64,000 nucleotides of DNA from Thermodesulfobacteriota bacterium. GTDB lineage: Bacteria; Desulfobacterota; BSN033; UBA1163. Below are positions 18,284 through 27,876 of the stretch, piece by piece (within the stretch, counting starts at the first letter, position 1; each line of letters starts with the position of its first letter). Made by a program: the position numbers and the translations under genes. The stretch covers positions 18,866 to 82,865 of the forward strand of contig DASPPQ010000032.1 in the NCBI GenBank assembly GCA_035625415.1. The letters are read 5' to 3'. Under the pieces are notes generated by a model that saw only the letters and a program-made list of their open reading frames with translations, was not told the DNA's origin and searched no databases.

Positions 18284-20464
18284 TCATCTCTTCTCAAAGG
18301 TCTCGCCGGTATCTTGGTCATTTTCTGAATCACTCTTTCTTCTTTTCGGATAATCTTGATTGACCGGTAAATTGATAAAAAAGGAGGATCCCTTTTCCAC
18401 CCGACTCTCCACATCAATATAGCCTCGGTGGTCTTGAATGATCTGATGTGAGATGGAGAGCCCTAATCCGCTCCCTGTACTTTTTGTGGTAAAGAAGGGA
18501 TTGAAGATTTCCTCTATATGCTCCGGCGGAATTCCACATCCAGTATCTGTACACTCGATCTGAATGTAGGGTTCACCACCTGGTTTTATAAAGGAGCGGG
18601 TCTTTACCGTAATCTTTCCACTCGCGGATGTGGCCTGAACCGCATTCAACAAGATATTTAAAAGAACCTGTTTGATTTGTTCCCGATCAATCTGGACAGG
18701 GGGTAAATCCGAAGCATAGTTTCTAAGAATGTTGACTTGTTTCTTCTTCGTTTCTGTTGAAACCAAGAGAATCATTCCATCCAAAATCGTGTTGATATCC
18801 TCAAACTCCAGCTTTGGATCGGAAGGCCTGGCAAAATCGAGGAGCTCCTCGACTAACGAAGAAATCCGATCGACTTCCCCGGCGGCAATCTTGAGGAATT
18901 GGTCTCGAAATTCGTCATCCTCAAGCCGTTCCGGCAATAGTTGAGTTAAGGTCTTGATGGCCACCAACGGATTACGAATTTCATGGGCCAGCCCCGCCGT
19001 AAGGGTTCCCAGGGAGGCAAGACGGTCTGCTCTTCGGATATAGGATTTTGATTTTTTCAAATCTTCATAGAGCCTTGCATTCTCAATGGCGATTGCCGTC
19101 TGGTTTGCCAGGGTGCTGAGTAATTCGATATCTTCCTGGGAATAAATGTCTCTATTAAACTTATAGCCCAGGTTAAGCATCCCGATAAGTTGTCCTTTTG
19201 AAATGAGGGGGAGACTTACTTCTGCCCCTATCAGGGACATCATATTAACAATATATTTCAATTCCGGATTCTTATCCCCCTTGGTCAATTCTTCTCGGAT
19301 GATGATCTCTCCAATTTTTTGCAGATAATGCGGGAAGGGGTCATCCTTAGGAAGTTGGGGGTTTGCTGTGGTCAGATTAATATTCTTTGATTCGAATAAA
19401 GAGTAGGTCCCTTTCTCCTCATCCAATAAAAATAGAGATGCCTTCTCAACCCCCATCGTCTGTGTAATTGTTCCGAAGACACTTTTTGCAAGGGATTGTA
19501 AATCAAGAATGGTGACCATCGCTTTGCTGAATCTCGCCAGGATATCCCGATAATCATACCGATTTTTGAAAAGAAATTGCTCGACGGCCCTTTCTGTTCG
19601 AGGCTTAATTCTATCAAAAACGATCGTTACTAACAAAAGGAGGAACGAAAGAAAGCCCAATAAAAGGTAGTGGATATCTCCATAAACAAGCTTTTGGAAC
19701 AGGAGAGCTAAGAGAAAAGACGGAACAAAAAGGAGTAATATTAGGAGGGCATAGGTCGTCCCTTTTTTAAGGACAATATTGATATCCATCAACCGGTGTC
19801 TGACAATCGAATATGCTGCAAAACCAACATAGATTACCGTAAAAGACGGGCCGAGCCAATTATGTCTCGAAATCCCTGCCATTGGAAGAAATAGATTTGC
19901 ACCCACTCCGACACCAGCAGTTAAAGACATGCCCACGAAGCAGTATTTAATTTGTAGTCTAACAATACCAATAGCCTCTCTATAAGAGCTTATTAGAAAT
20001 ATGAAGCCCAAAAGGATGTAACTAGGTAAATAAACCGAGAAAAGCGGGTAAAATCGGCCGTAATTAAACATCTGAGAGCCAGAACTTAGAGAGGAAACTA
20101 TTTGATTAGTAAATGATAATCCGAAAAAAAATATTGAAGGCAACCCTAAGAATAATAGTTTTGTAGAACTCACATTCCTCCTTTCTTCAGGAAATATCAA
20201 GCTAAAACAAAGGAATGCAGCAGGTGTAATTCCCGATGTTGCAAAACTTATTCTCCCCCAAAATAACATCGAAGGAGATCCCATCAAAAGATATTCCATC
20301 AAAAGACTGAATGCCCACCCTGCACATGCCCAAGCTAGAACAGAAAAGGTTAAGTTCACTCGCCTGTGAGCTTGAGCTTTCCTGTAAACAAGCAAACCAA
20401 ACCCCAAGTTTGTTAGGAAGGCGAATAACAAGGATATTTGAGGAATAAGCAACCTTAACCTCAA
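18284..20464 (-). CDS. Sensor histidine kinase (polytopic N-terminus, GAF domain, HisKA, HATPase_c)
   Basis: About 7-8 N-terminal TM helices. H-box LASLGTLTAGLAHEIRNPL; N, G1 and G2 boxes (GCGIPPEHIEEIFNPFFTTKSTGSGLGLSI). No adjacent response regulator. Confidence 0.85.
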   Translation of the reverse strand: MRLRLLIPQISLLFAFLTNLGFGLLVYRKAQAHRRVNLTFSVLAWACAGWAFSLLMEYLLMGSPSMLFWGRISFATSGITPAAFLCFSLIFPEERRNVSSTKLLFLGLPSIFFFGLSFTNQIVSSLSSGSQMFNYGRFYPLFSVYLPSYILLGFIFLISSYREAIGIVRLQIKYCFVGMSLTAGVGVGANLFLPMAGISRHNWLGPSFTVIYVGFAAYSIVRHRLMDINIVLKKGTTYALLILLLFVPSFLLALLFQKLVYGDIHYLLLGFLSFLLLLVTIVFDRIKPRTERAVEQFLFKNRYDYRDILARFSKAMVTILDLQSLAKSVFGTITQTMGVEKASLFLLDEEKGTYSLFESKNINLTTANPQLPKDDPFPHYLQKIGEIIIREELTKGDKNPELKYIVNMMSLIGAEVSLPLISKGQLIGMLNLGYKFNRDIYSQEDIELLSTLANQTAIAIENARLYEDLKKSKSYIRRADRLASLGTLTAGLAHEIRNPLVAIKTLTQLLPERLEDDEFRDQFLKIAAGEVDRISSLVEELLDFARPSDPKLEFEDINTILDGMILLVSTETKKKQVNILRNYASDLPPVQIDREQIKQVLLNILLNAVQATSASGKITVKTRSFIKPGGEPYIQIECTDTGCGIPPEHIEEIFNPFFTTKSTGSGLGLSISHQIIQDHRGYIDVESRVEKGSSFFINLPVNQDYPKRRKSDSENDQDTGETFEKR

Positions 20465-20473
20465 TGCTATTGA

Positions 20474-21724
20474 TTAATTGAAGCCGTTAAACCTTCCAAT
20501 AATGACTACTGTATCGCTTCCGCCAAAACCCATCGCATTCACGAGGGCGACATTGACTTTGAGCTTTCTAAAATGATTTGGGACATAATTAAGATCGCAA
20601 TTTGGCCGTGGGTTTGTGTGATTAATGGTTGGTGGAACTATACTGGTGTTAATAGCTAAGAGACACGTAATTATTTGGAGGACTCCGGTAAGAGCAAAGC
20701 ATTGCCCAGTTATTGGCTTAATCGAAGTTACTGGAATCCGATATGCTAATTTTCCAAAAGTCTTCTTTATAGCAAGAGTTTCATTCAAATCAAATTCTGG
20801 CTGGGCATTACCATGCGCATTTATATAGTCGATATCTTCAGGCTTAAGGCGGGCATTCTCTAAAGCCTTTCCCATCACAATCGACCCTGCATCTCCGCTT
20901 GGATCTTTTTCAAACATATCGTAACATTCGTTTCCCGAAGCGTAGCCTAAAATTTCCCCGTAAATTCTCGTTTTTCTTTTCAGGGCATTTTGCAGCTCTT
21001 CCAGCACTAAAACAGCCCCGCCCTCGCCAAATACAATTCCATCCCCAGCGATATCAAATGGTCTCAGCGCAGCCTTAGGTTCCTTATTTTGTTTACTAAG
21101 AATTCCCCCCGCACAAAAAAGACCGACGTTACAGGGAGTGATCGGTGCCTCTCCGGCTCCGGCAAGCATGATATCAGCATCGCCCAATCTGATTGCGTTG
21201 TGAGCTGAGTAGAATGCGTCGAGACCAGAATTGCAGGCGGCAGATATTGTTGTATTCGGTCCTTTAAGCCCAAACTTCCTACTTATTATCCCGACAGCCG
21301 AATGAGTGCAAATAATCATTGCACCATGTGGACTTAGTCTCTTCATTCCCTTTTCTAAGAAAATGGCATATTGGCTTTCTATCCAGTCTCCCCCTCCAAT
21401 TCCTGTTCCGATGATTACCCCGATTCTGGATGGATCTGTTGAATTCAAGTCTATCTTCGAATCTTCAATTGCCGCTTTTGACGCTGCTAATGCAAATTGA
21501 GCGAATCTCGCCAATCTTTTTGCAGTTTTGGGGTCCATGTAATCGGTGGGGTCGAAATCTGGAACCTCGGCGGCTACTTGACACGGGTAAGAAGAGGCAT
21601 CGAAATGGGAGATTCTTCTAACTGCAGATCGGCCCTGAACTAAGGATTCCCAGAAATTCTCTATTCCTATACCGTTGGGGGCAACTACTCCCATTCCAGT
21701 TATCACGACTCTTCTTTTATCCAA
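20474..21724 (-). CDS. Beta-ketoacyl-ACP synthase II-like protein, divergent (Cys-His-Gln triad)
   Basis: Aligns end to end with FabF. The active-site Cys (ISAACNSG) and first His (NAHGNAQP) are present. The TGH motif reads KPITGQCFALTG, replacing the second catalytic His with Gln. C-terminus is AMGFGGSDTVVII. Confidence 0.8.
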   Translation of the reverse strand: MDKRRVVITGMGVVAPNGIGIENFWESLVQGRSAVRRISHFDASSYPCQVAAEVPDFDPTDYMDPKTAKRLARFAQFALAASKAAIEDSKIDLNSTDPSRIGVIIGTGIGGGDWIESQYAIFLEKGMKRLSPHGAMIICTHSAVGIISRKFGLKGPNTTISAACNSGLDAFYSAHNAIRLGDADIMLAGAGEAPITPCNVGLFCAGGILSKQNKEPKAALRPFDIAGDGIVFGEGGAVLVLEELQNALKRKTRIYGEILGYASGNECYDMFEKDPSGDAGSIVMGKALENARLKPEDIDYINAHGNAQPEFDLNETLAIKKTFGKLAYRIPVTSIKPITGQCFALTGVLQIITCLLAINTSIVPPTINHTNPRPNCDLNYVPNHFRKLKVNVALVNAMGFGGSDTVVIIGRFNGFN

Positions 21725-22010
21725 GTGGGACTCCTATGTATTACAGGGAAATAATAGATTGAATGTTTTTTAAATAATCCAAAAGACTCATGTATTATTA
21801 TTGAAAATTCTGAGTTTTGTCAACAAATTTGTATGCTTTCTTTTTGGTTGACAATGATGAGATTTCTTGCTAAACGTAATCACTGCAAATCAGGCTCTGT
21901 CATATTTTACTACCAATATTCACTGAAAAAGGAGGTGAGATGCAAGAGGAAAGGGGTTTTTTTTCATCCTGATAGATTTGACGTAACAATTTAAGAAAGG
22001 GGGTATTATC

Positions 22011-23531
22011 GTGTTTAAGAACAAACGAATCTTTTGCTTGTGTTTAATTTCTGTTTTCGTATTCATCCTTTTGGCACAACCTGCCTTCGCTCAAAATTTA
22101 ACTCCGGCGAAGAAAACAGCCGTCACTTGGGTTGACGGTGCAAAGGCAACTTATGAGGAAATTGCAAAATATATATGGAACAACCCTGAATTAAGCTTGG
22201 TTGAGTTTAAATCTTCTGGGAAATTACAGGAATATCTGGTGAAGAATGGGTTTAAAGTCGAGAAGGGTGTTTCGGGAATGCCCACAGCGTTTGTGGCCAC
22301 GTGGGGTTCCGGTAAACCTGTCATTGGATTTCTCGCAGAGTTTGATGCTCTTCCTGGCCTTTCTCAAGTTGCTGGAAAGGCAGTAAGGGAAGCGATGATC
22401 CAAGGGGGACCCGGTCATGGATGTGGCCATAACCTTTTTGGCACTTCAAGTGCCACGGCGGCCATTGCGACCAAAGTAGCCATGGAGAAGGAAGGTATTA
22501 AAGGCACTCTCAAGGTCTTTGGCACTCCGGCTGAAGAAACATTAGTGGGCAAAATTTTTATGGCCCGAGATGGACTATTTGATGGCGTCGACATAATGAT
22601 TTCCTGGCATCCTTATGATAAGAACGGGGCTCCCAATGAGTCGAACTTAGCAATGACAAGTGTTAAATTTCAATTCAAAGGGAAAGCAGCCCATGCCGCA
22701 ATTGCTCCTCATGCTGGCCGGAGCGCTTTGGATGCTGTAGAACTTATGGACGTTGGAATGAATTTTATGAGGGAGCATGTCATTCAGGAGGCGAGGATTC
22801 ACTACGTCATCACGAATGGAGGCCAGGCTCCAAATGTGGTGCCTGCAGATGCAGAGGTCTGGTATTTCATCCGGGCACCTCGAAGATTCCAGGTTGATCA
22901 AATCTGGAATTGGATGCAAGACGTTGCAAAAGGTGGAGCATTGATGACTCAAACTACAATGAGTTACAAACTTTTGTGTGCGACCTGGGAATCTCTTCCG
23001 AACAAAGTCCTCTGCAAATTAGGAGATACCAATGCAAGAGCGATTGGTGGCCCGCCTTTTACAGCTGAAGACCAAAAATTGGGTGAAGAGATCATCAAGT
23101 CGATGGGCGGACAAGTTAAGGGAGAAGCATTCGATAGTACTATTACGCCACCTGATCTCAGCAGAACATTTCCCAATGTCTCTCTTTTGATGGGTTCAAC
23201 AGACGAAGGAAATGTCAGCTGGATTGTTCCAACTGTATCCTTCCGCATTGCAAATTTAGCAAAAGGGACCCCTCTCCACACATGGCAATCAGCTTGCCAA
23301 ACGGGCACGACAACAGCCATGAAAAGTGGTCTGACGGTGAGCAAATGGATGGCTGCAACCGCCCTCGACTGCTTGACCAAACCAGAAATTATTTCAGAGG
23401 CATGGAAAGAGCATAACCAATACCTTGCTGAGACAAAGTATTACAACCCCATTCCTGCCGACCTTAAAGTGCCAACCTTTAAAGATCTGTATGGAATTGA
23501 GCCTGAAGCTGTCCCAGGCATGAAGAAGTAG
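22011..23531 (+). CDS. Secreted M20-family amidohydrolase/peptidase (AbgB-like)
   Basis: Signal peptide MFKNKRIFCLCLISVFVFILLAQPAFAQ. M20 metal-binding region (GPGHGCGHNLFG). The 506-aa length is similar to aminobenzoyl-glutamate hydrolase subunit B. Confidence 0.75.
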   Translation: MFKNKRIFCLCLISVFVFILLAQPAFAQNLTPAKKTAVTWVDGAKATYEEIAKYIWNNPELSLVEFKSSGKLQEYLVKNGFKVEKGVSGMPTAFVATWGSGKPVIGFLAEFDALPGLSQVAGKAVREAMIQGGPGHGCGHNLFGTSSATAAIATKVAMEKEGIKGTLKVFGTPAEETLVGKIFMARDGLFDGVDIMISWHPYDKNGAPNESNLAMTSVKFQFKGKAAHAAIAPHAGRSALDAVELMDVGMNFMREHVIQEARIHYVITNGGQAPNVVPADAEVWYFIRAPRRFQVDQIWNWMQDVAKGGALMTQTTMSYKLLCATWESLPNKVLCKLGDTNARAIGGPPFTAEDQKLGEEIIKSMGGQVKGEAFDSTITPPDLSRTFPNVSLLMGSTDEGNVSWIVPTVSFRIANLAKGTPLHTWQSACQTGTTTAMKSGLTVSKWMAATALDCLTKPEIISEAWKEHNQYLAETKYYNPIPADLKVPTFKDLYGIEPEAVPGMKK

Positions 23532-23550
23532 GGTAAAGGAATGCAGTATC

Positions 23551-23586
23551 GAGGGGTGCACCCCTTGGGTGCCCCCCTTTTTTTTA
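23551..23586 (+). terminator. Rho-independent terminator (ggggtgcacccc / gggtgcccccc + T9)
   Basis: GC hairpin followed by a run of 9 T, immediately after the M20 stop. Confidence 0.75.
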
Positions 23587-23803
23587 CGCCAAAAAGTTTT
23601 TCTTGACCTTCAAAACAACACAACACAATCTGCAGTTTGCCTTGACAACCCAACACTCTTACAATATATTATCACTCGCTCTTACTTAACGCAGCAGCGA
23701 AAGTACTAATACAAATGCAACAAATGAAATGACGTCACCCCCATCCTCACCCTCCCCCATCGAGGGGGCGGGGCGGCTGGGGGGGAGAAAGGGGGATCAA
23801 TCC

Positions 23804-24976
23804 ATGAAGAGAAGCTTTCTGGGTATACTGATGGTTTTGCTGCTGGGGATCTGTCTATCCAGCAATGTCTGGGCCGCAGACGTGATCAAAATTGGGTTTA
23901 ATATTGAATTAACAGGAGATATTCCGAAGGTGGGGGAAGCATCGAAGTACGCCGCCGAGATGCTCAAGGAGCAGATCAATCGTGCTGGCGGGTTGAAGGT
24001 AGGAACCAAATCCTATCAGTTGAATTTCATCTATGAGGACAATGAGGCCAAGGCCGAATCCGCTGCGGCCGCGGCTCTGAAGCTCATCACTCAGCATCAG
24101 GTCCTAGGGTTCGTCGGACCTCAGGCGAGCAAGCAAGCCATTCCGGCCGGAGAGGTTGCCGATACGAATCAAACGGTCATGATTACCGGCTGGTCGACCA
24201 ATCCGAAAACAACTCTGAATCGCCCCTGGGTCTTCCGCGCCTGCTTCTTAGATCCTTTTCAGGGCCCTGTGCTTGCCAAGTTCGCCACCGAGGAATTAAA
24301 AGCCAAGAAGGCGGCCATTCTGTACGACATTGCCAGCGATTATCCAAAAGGCCTGGCAGAATTCTTCAAGGAAGCCTTCGAGAAGATTCACGGAAAGGGT
24401 TCTGTCGTGGCCTTTGAAACGTTTACTACCAAAGACCGGGACTTCAGCGCCCAGCTCACCAAGATTGTGGCATCAAAGGCTGACATCCTGTTTACACCTC
24501 AGTACTACGATGAAGTGCCTCTGATCGTGAAGCAAGCCCATGAACTGGGTTGGAAGATGCCTATCCTGGGGAGTGATTCCTGGGGCTCGGCCGAACTCAT
24601 GAACCTCTGCGGCAATGATTGCAAAGGTCTCTTCTTCAGCACCCACTATGCAGCGGCTGGGGCCAAGGGAGCGACCAAGCAGTTCATCGATCAATATAAG
24701 GCCAAGTATGGATACGAGCCTGATGATGTGTCCGCTTTGACCTGGGACGCCACCCGCCTGCTGCTTCAGGCCATTCAGAACACAACGGGTCTGACAGGCG
24801 ACTTGAAGAAAGACAGGAAGGCCGTCCGCGATCAGTTGGCCAAGATCAGGGAGTTCGATGGAATCACCGGCAAGATGTCCTTCGACGGAAAGACAGGGGA
24901 TCCCATTAAGTGCGCAGTGATCGTCAAGATCAGTCAGGAAGGAAAGTTCGAGTTTTATAAATCCGTTTGTCCGTAG
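23804..24976 (+). CDS. livK: Branched-chain amino acid ABC transporter substrate-binding protein (LivK family)
   Basis: Type I periplasmic-binding fold. Start set at MKRSFLGILMVLLLGICLSSNVWAAD (signal peptide, strong RBS aaagggggat). The upstream in-frame extension in the ORF track is not credited. Confidence 0.85.
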   Translation: MKRSFLGILMVLLLGICLSSNVWAADVIKIGFNIELTGDIPKVGEASKYAAEMLKEQINRAGGLKVGTKSYQLNFIYEDNEAKAESAAAAALKLITQHQVLGFVGPQASKQAIPAGEVADTNQTVMITGWSTNPKTTLNRPWVFRACFLDPFQGPVLAKFATEELKAKKAAILYDIASDYPKGLAEFFKEAFEKIHGKGSVVAFETFTTKDRDFSAQLTKIVASKADILFTPQYYDEVPLIVKQAHELGWKMPILGSDSWGSAELMNLCGNDCKGLFFSTHYAAAGAKGATKQFIDQYKAKYGYEPDDVSALTWDATRLLLQAIQNTTGLTGDLKKDRKAVRDQLAKIREFDGITGKMSFDGKTGDPIKCAVIVKISQEGKFEFYKSVCP

Positions 24977-25023
24977 AGACCTTCGGGTAAGCTCCTTCAT
25001 GGAGAGCGGAGGCGGGCGGGTCA

Positions 25024-25998
25024 ATGGCTTCCTCCGCTCTTCTTTTAGTCCAGGAGATAAGAGAATTGACTCTCTCCATGTTCATTCAGAATATCATGAA
25101 TGCCCTCCAGTGGGGAAGCTTTTATGCCCTTATCGCCCTGGGTTATTCAATGGTCTACGGGGTCTTGCTTCTCATCAATTTTGCACACGGAGATATCTTC
25201 ATGGTGGGGGCCTACGTTGGGTTTTTCATCTCAACCTTTCTTCTGGGAGCGTATGGTTTCCAACTTCCTTGGAAATTGTCGGGTGGCCTGGTCATTTTTC
25301 TGACCTTTCTTCTGACCATAGCCATCACGTCCGGGGTCGGGGTGACCATCGAAAGGGTTGCCTACCGTCCCCTCAGGCGTAAGGGAGTCAGCCGGCTTTA
25401 CCTGGTGATCACTGCTCTGATGGTAGGATTGTTGCTTGAGAATGGGAATCTCGCCCTGCTCGGGGCCAGTCGCAGAAACTTTCCTGAATTGATTCCCAAG
25501 GTCCTTTACAGCGTAGGAGGGGTAAACTTCTCCAACACAAAGATCATTGTCATCGTCGTGACACTCTTGGTCTTCGTCTTCCTTCAGACGGTGGTGCTCA
25601 AGACCAAATGGGGTATGGCCATGCGGGCCATCTCTTACGAGCGAATGGCCGTTCCCTTGATGGGTATTCCAGTGGATACGATCATCGTCACGACCTTTGT
25701 GCTGGGATCTTCAATGGCCGCCGTGGCCGGAATCCTCTTCGCCGTCTCTTACCCGGTCTTGGAGCCTTACATGGGAGCGCTGGTGGGATGGAAGGCCTTC
25801 ATTTCAGCCGTGGTGGGAGGAATCGGTGACATTCGCGGGGCCATTGTGGGAGGATTCGTTTTGGGGTTCACGGAGATTTTTGTTGCGACTCTATTCCCTT
25901 CCACCTTCCGGGATCTCATTGCCTTTGGGGTCCTCTTGTTAATTTTGACCCTCCGTCCCAATGGAATCTTCGGCATTGCGAGGAGAACCAAGGTATAA
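25024..25998 (+). CDS. livH: Branched-chain amino acid ABC transporter permease LivH
   Basis: LivH/BPD_transp_2 family with 8-9 TM helices. An alternative start at 25078 (MFIQNIMNALQ) is possible. Confidence 0.85.
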   Translation: MASSALLLVQEIRELTLSMFIQNIMNALQWGSFYALIALGYSMVYGVLLLINFAHGDIFMVGAYVGFFISTFLLGAYGFQLPWKLSGGLVIFLTFLLTIAITSGVGVTIERVAYRPLRRKGVSRLYLVITALMVGLLLENGNLALLGASRRNFPELIPKVLYSVGGVNFSNTKIIVIVVTLLVFVFLQTVVLKTKWGMAMRAISYERMAVPLMGIPVDTIIVTTFVLGSSMAAVAGILFAVSYPVLEPYMGALVGWKAFISAVVGGIGDIRGAIVGGFVLGFTEIFVATLFPSTFRDLIAFGVLLLILTLRPNGIFGIARRTKV

Positions 25999-26087
25999 CT
26001 CTATTGCGGAATGGGGAATGCGGATTGCGGAATAATGGTGAATGACTCAATGACGTAATGACCCACTGACTCTATGACTTAAATATA

Positions 26088-27122
26088 ATGAAACAGTATT
26101 CGTTGACTATTCTTGCGTTTCTTCTATTCGTCTTGGTGGTGGGGCTATCCTGGAGCGGAACGATAAGCTCTTATGTTCAGTTGATCCTCATGTTCGTCGG
26201 CGTCAACATCATGATGTCGTCGAGCCTGAACCTTGTCAATGGTTACATGGGCGAGTTCTCCTGCGGACACGCGGGTTTCATGGCTGTAGGGGCCTACGCG
26301 GCTTCGCTCGTCAGCATCTGGTGTTTCACGGCCGGGTCCGTCTTTGGCCCTAACCTTCTGCCTCCTGCCTGGGCCGTTGTGCTTTTTCCTTTCATCCTCC
26401 TCTTCGGAGGGCTCATCGCAGCCCTAGCAGGGCTCTTGGTGGCCATTCCCTCCTTCCGTACCCGTGGGGATTACCTGGCCATCATTACCTTGGCGGTCAA
26501 CTATATCGTCAAGTCCGGCATTGAGAACATCCAGCCCATCGGCGGAGCCCGGGGCTTCATGGGCATGGCCCGGGTGGTCAATGGGATGAAAGAGGTGGCG
26601 GATATCCCGTGGATGATGATCTGGACATGGATCTTTGTTTTTCTGACCGTTTTGCTCATCAAGCGTTTCGTCTCCTCCACATACGGTAAGGGAATTATTG
26701 CTATTCGTGAGGACGAGATCGCTGCCGAGATTATGGGGGTCAATACTCGAAGGGCAAAGATGGTGGCCTTCATGCTCTCTTCCGGGCTTGCGGGGTTGGC
26801 GGGCGGATTGTTCGCTCACATCCTGGGCTACATCAACCCCGGCAGCTTCGGGATTATGAAATCTACCGAAGCCCTCGTGATGGTTTATTTGGGAGGGATG
26901 GGATCGTTGAGCGGGTCCGTGCTCAGTGCAGTCCTCTTTACGCTTCTCCTTGAGATCCTGAGGCCGTTGCAGCTTTATAAGTGGGTGGTCGTCCCATTGA
27001 TCCTGATCCTCCTGATGCTCTTTCGAACGGAAGGGTTGCTGGGTCATCGAGAGCTGACGGACGTTTTTCCACGTCTGAAGCGTGTTTTTGGGTCGAGGGA
27101 GGAAGTCCATGCCGTTCTTTGA
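26088..27122 (+). CDS. livM: Branched-chain amino acid ABC transporter permease LivM
   Basis: 344-aa polytopic permease of the LivM family, following livH. Confidence 0.85.
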   Translation: MKQYSLTILAFLLFVLVVGLSWSGTISSYVQLILMFVGVNIMMSSSLNLVNGYMGEFSCGHAGFMAVGAYAASLVSIWCFTAGSVFGPNLLPPAWAVVLFPFILLFGGLIAALAGLLVAIPSFRTRGDYLAIITLAVNYIVKSGIENIQPIGGARGFMGMARVVNGMKEVADIPWMMIWTWIFVFLTVLLIKRFVSSTYGKGIIAIREDEIAAEIMGVNTRRAKMVAFMLSSGLAGLAGGLFAHILGYINPGSFGIMKSTEALVMVYLGGMGSLSGSVLSAVLFTLLLEILRPLQLYKWVVVPLILILLMLFRTEGLLGHRELTDVFPRLKRVFGSREEVHAVL

Positions 27123-27876
27123 GGTGCGCGGGCTAACCCATTTTTTTGGAGGGCTGAAAGCCGTTTCCGACTTTAACCTCATCTTTGACGGTGGAGAGCT
27201 GATGGGCTTGATCGGACCCAACGGGGCTGGAAAGACGACGGTCTTCAACCTGGTGTGCGGGGTTTACCATGCTACTCATGGAGAAGTAAGAATTGAGGGG
27301 CGAAATCTTGGAAGACTCTACCCCCATCAGGTGACAGCCATGGGAATAGCCAGGACGTTTCAAAACATCCGTCTCTGGCCTGAAATGACAGTCCTGGACA
27401 ACATCCGGGTCTGCCATAATTATAGGTTGGGCTATCGATTTCTCGACACGATCTTTCAGACCTCCCGATACCGTACAGCCGAAAAAGCGATCTGGCGAAA
27501 GGCGAGAGAGGTCCTCGAGATTATGGGACTCCGGGATCATGCCGAAGAACTGGCGAAGAATCTTCCTTACGGCCTCCAGCGCAAGGTAGAAATTGCTCGG
27601 GCTCTGATCCTACGCCCAAAACTGCTCCTTCTGGACGAACCTTCTGCAGGCATGAACCTGGGCGAGAAGGAGGCGCTCATCGGGCTCATCCGATGGATCC
27701 GTAAGGAGTTCAACGTGACGATCTGGCTGATCGAGCACGAGATGAGAGTGGTGATGAACCTTTGCGAGAGGATTCAGGTCTTGGATTTCGGACAGACAAT
27801 CGCCCAAGGGACCCCCGAGGAAATCCAGGGCAACCCTCGCGTGGTGGAGGCTTACCTGGGGAAAGAGATGGATTGA
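27109..27876 (+). CDS. livG: Branched-chain amino acid ABC transporter ATP-binding protein LivG
   Basis: Walker A GPNGAGKTT, signature LPYGLQRKVEIARAL, Walker B LLLDEPSAGMN, H-loop IEHEM. Start at the ATG preceded by ggaggaag. Confidence 0.9.
   Translation: MPFFEVRGLTHFFGGLKAVSDFNLIFDGGELMGLIGPNGAGKTTVFNLVCGVYHATHGEVRIEGRNLGRLYPHQVTAMGIARTFQNIRLWPEMTVLDNIRVCHNYRLGYRFLDTIFQTSRYRTAEKAIWRKAREVLEIMGLRDHAEELAKNLPYGLQRKVEIARALILRPKLLLLDEPSAGMNLGEKEALIGLIRWIRKEFNVTIWLIEHEMRVVMNLCERIQVLDFGQTIAQGTPEEIQGNPRVVEAYLGKEMD

Noticed and set aside
23729-23803. 25-aa N-terminal extension of the LivK-like gene (MTSPPSSPSPIEGAGRLGGRKGDQS)
   Set aside because: The downstream Met at 23804 begins a textbook signal peptide and has a strong RBS. 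The extension is Pro/Gly-rich and sits in a promoter-like region.
26424-27248. 274-aa minus-strand ORF antisense to livM/livG
   Set aside because: It overlaps two well-supported ABC genes. The translation is a low-complexity, His/Pro/Gly-rich artefact of the G+C-rich antisense strand.
27762-27875. 38-aa upstream extension of livF overlapping livG
   Set aside because: The ATG at 27876 gives a canonical ABC N-terminus (MFLSVEDLHVGYG) and a 1-nt overlap with the livG stop. The extension would be translated from inside livG.
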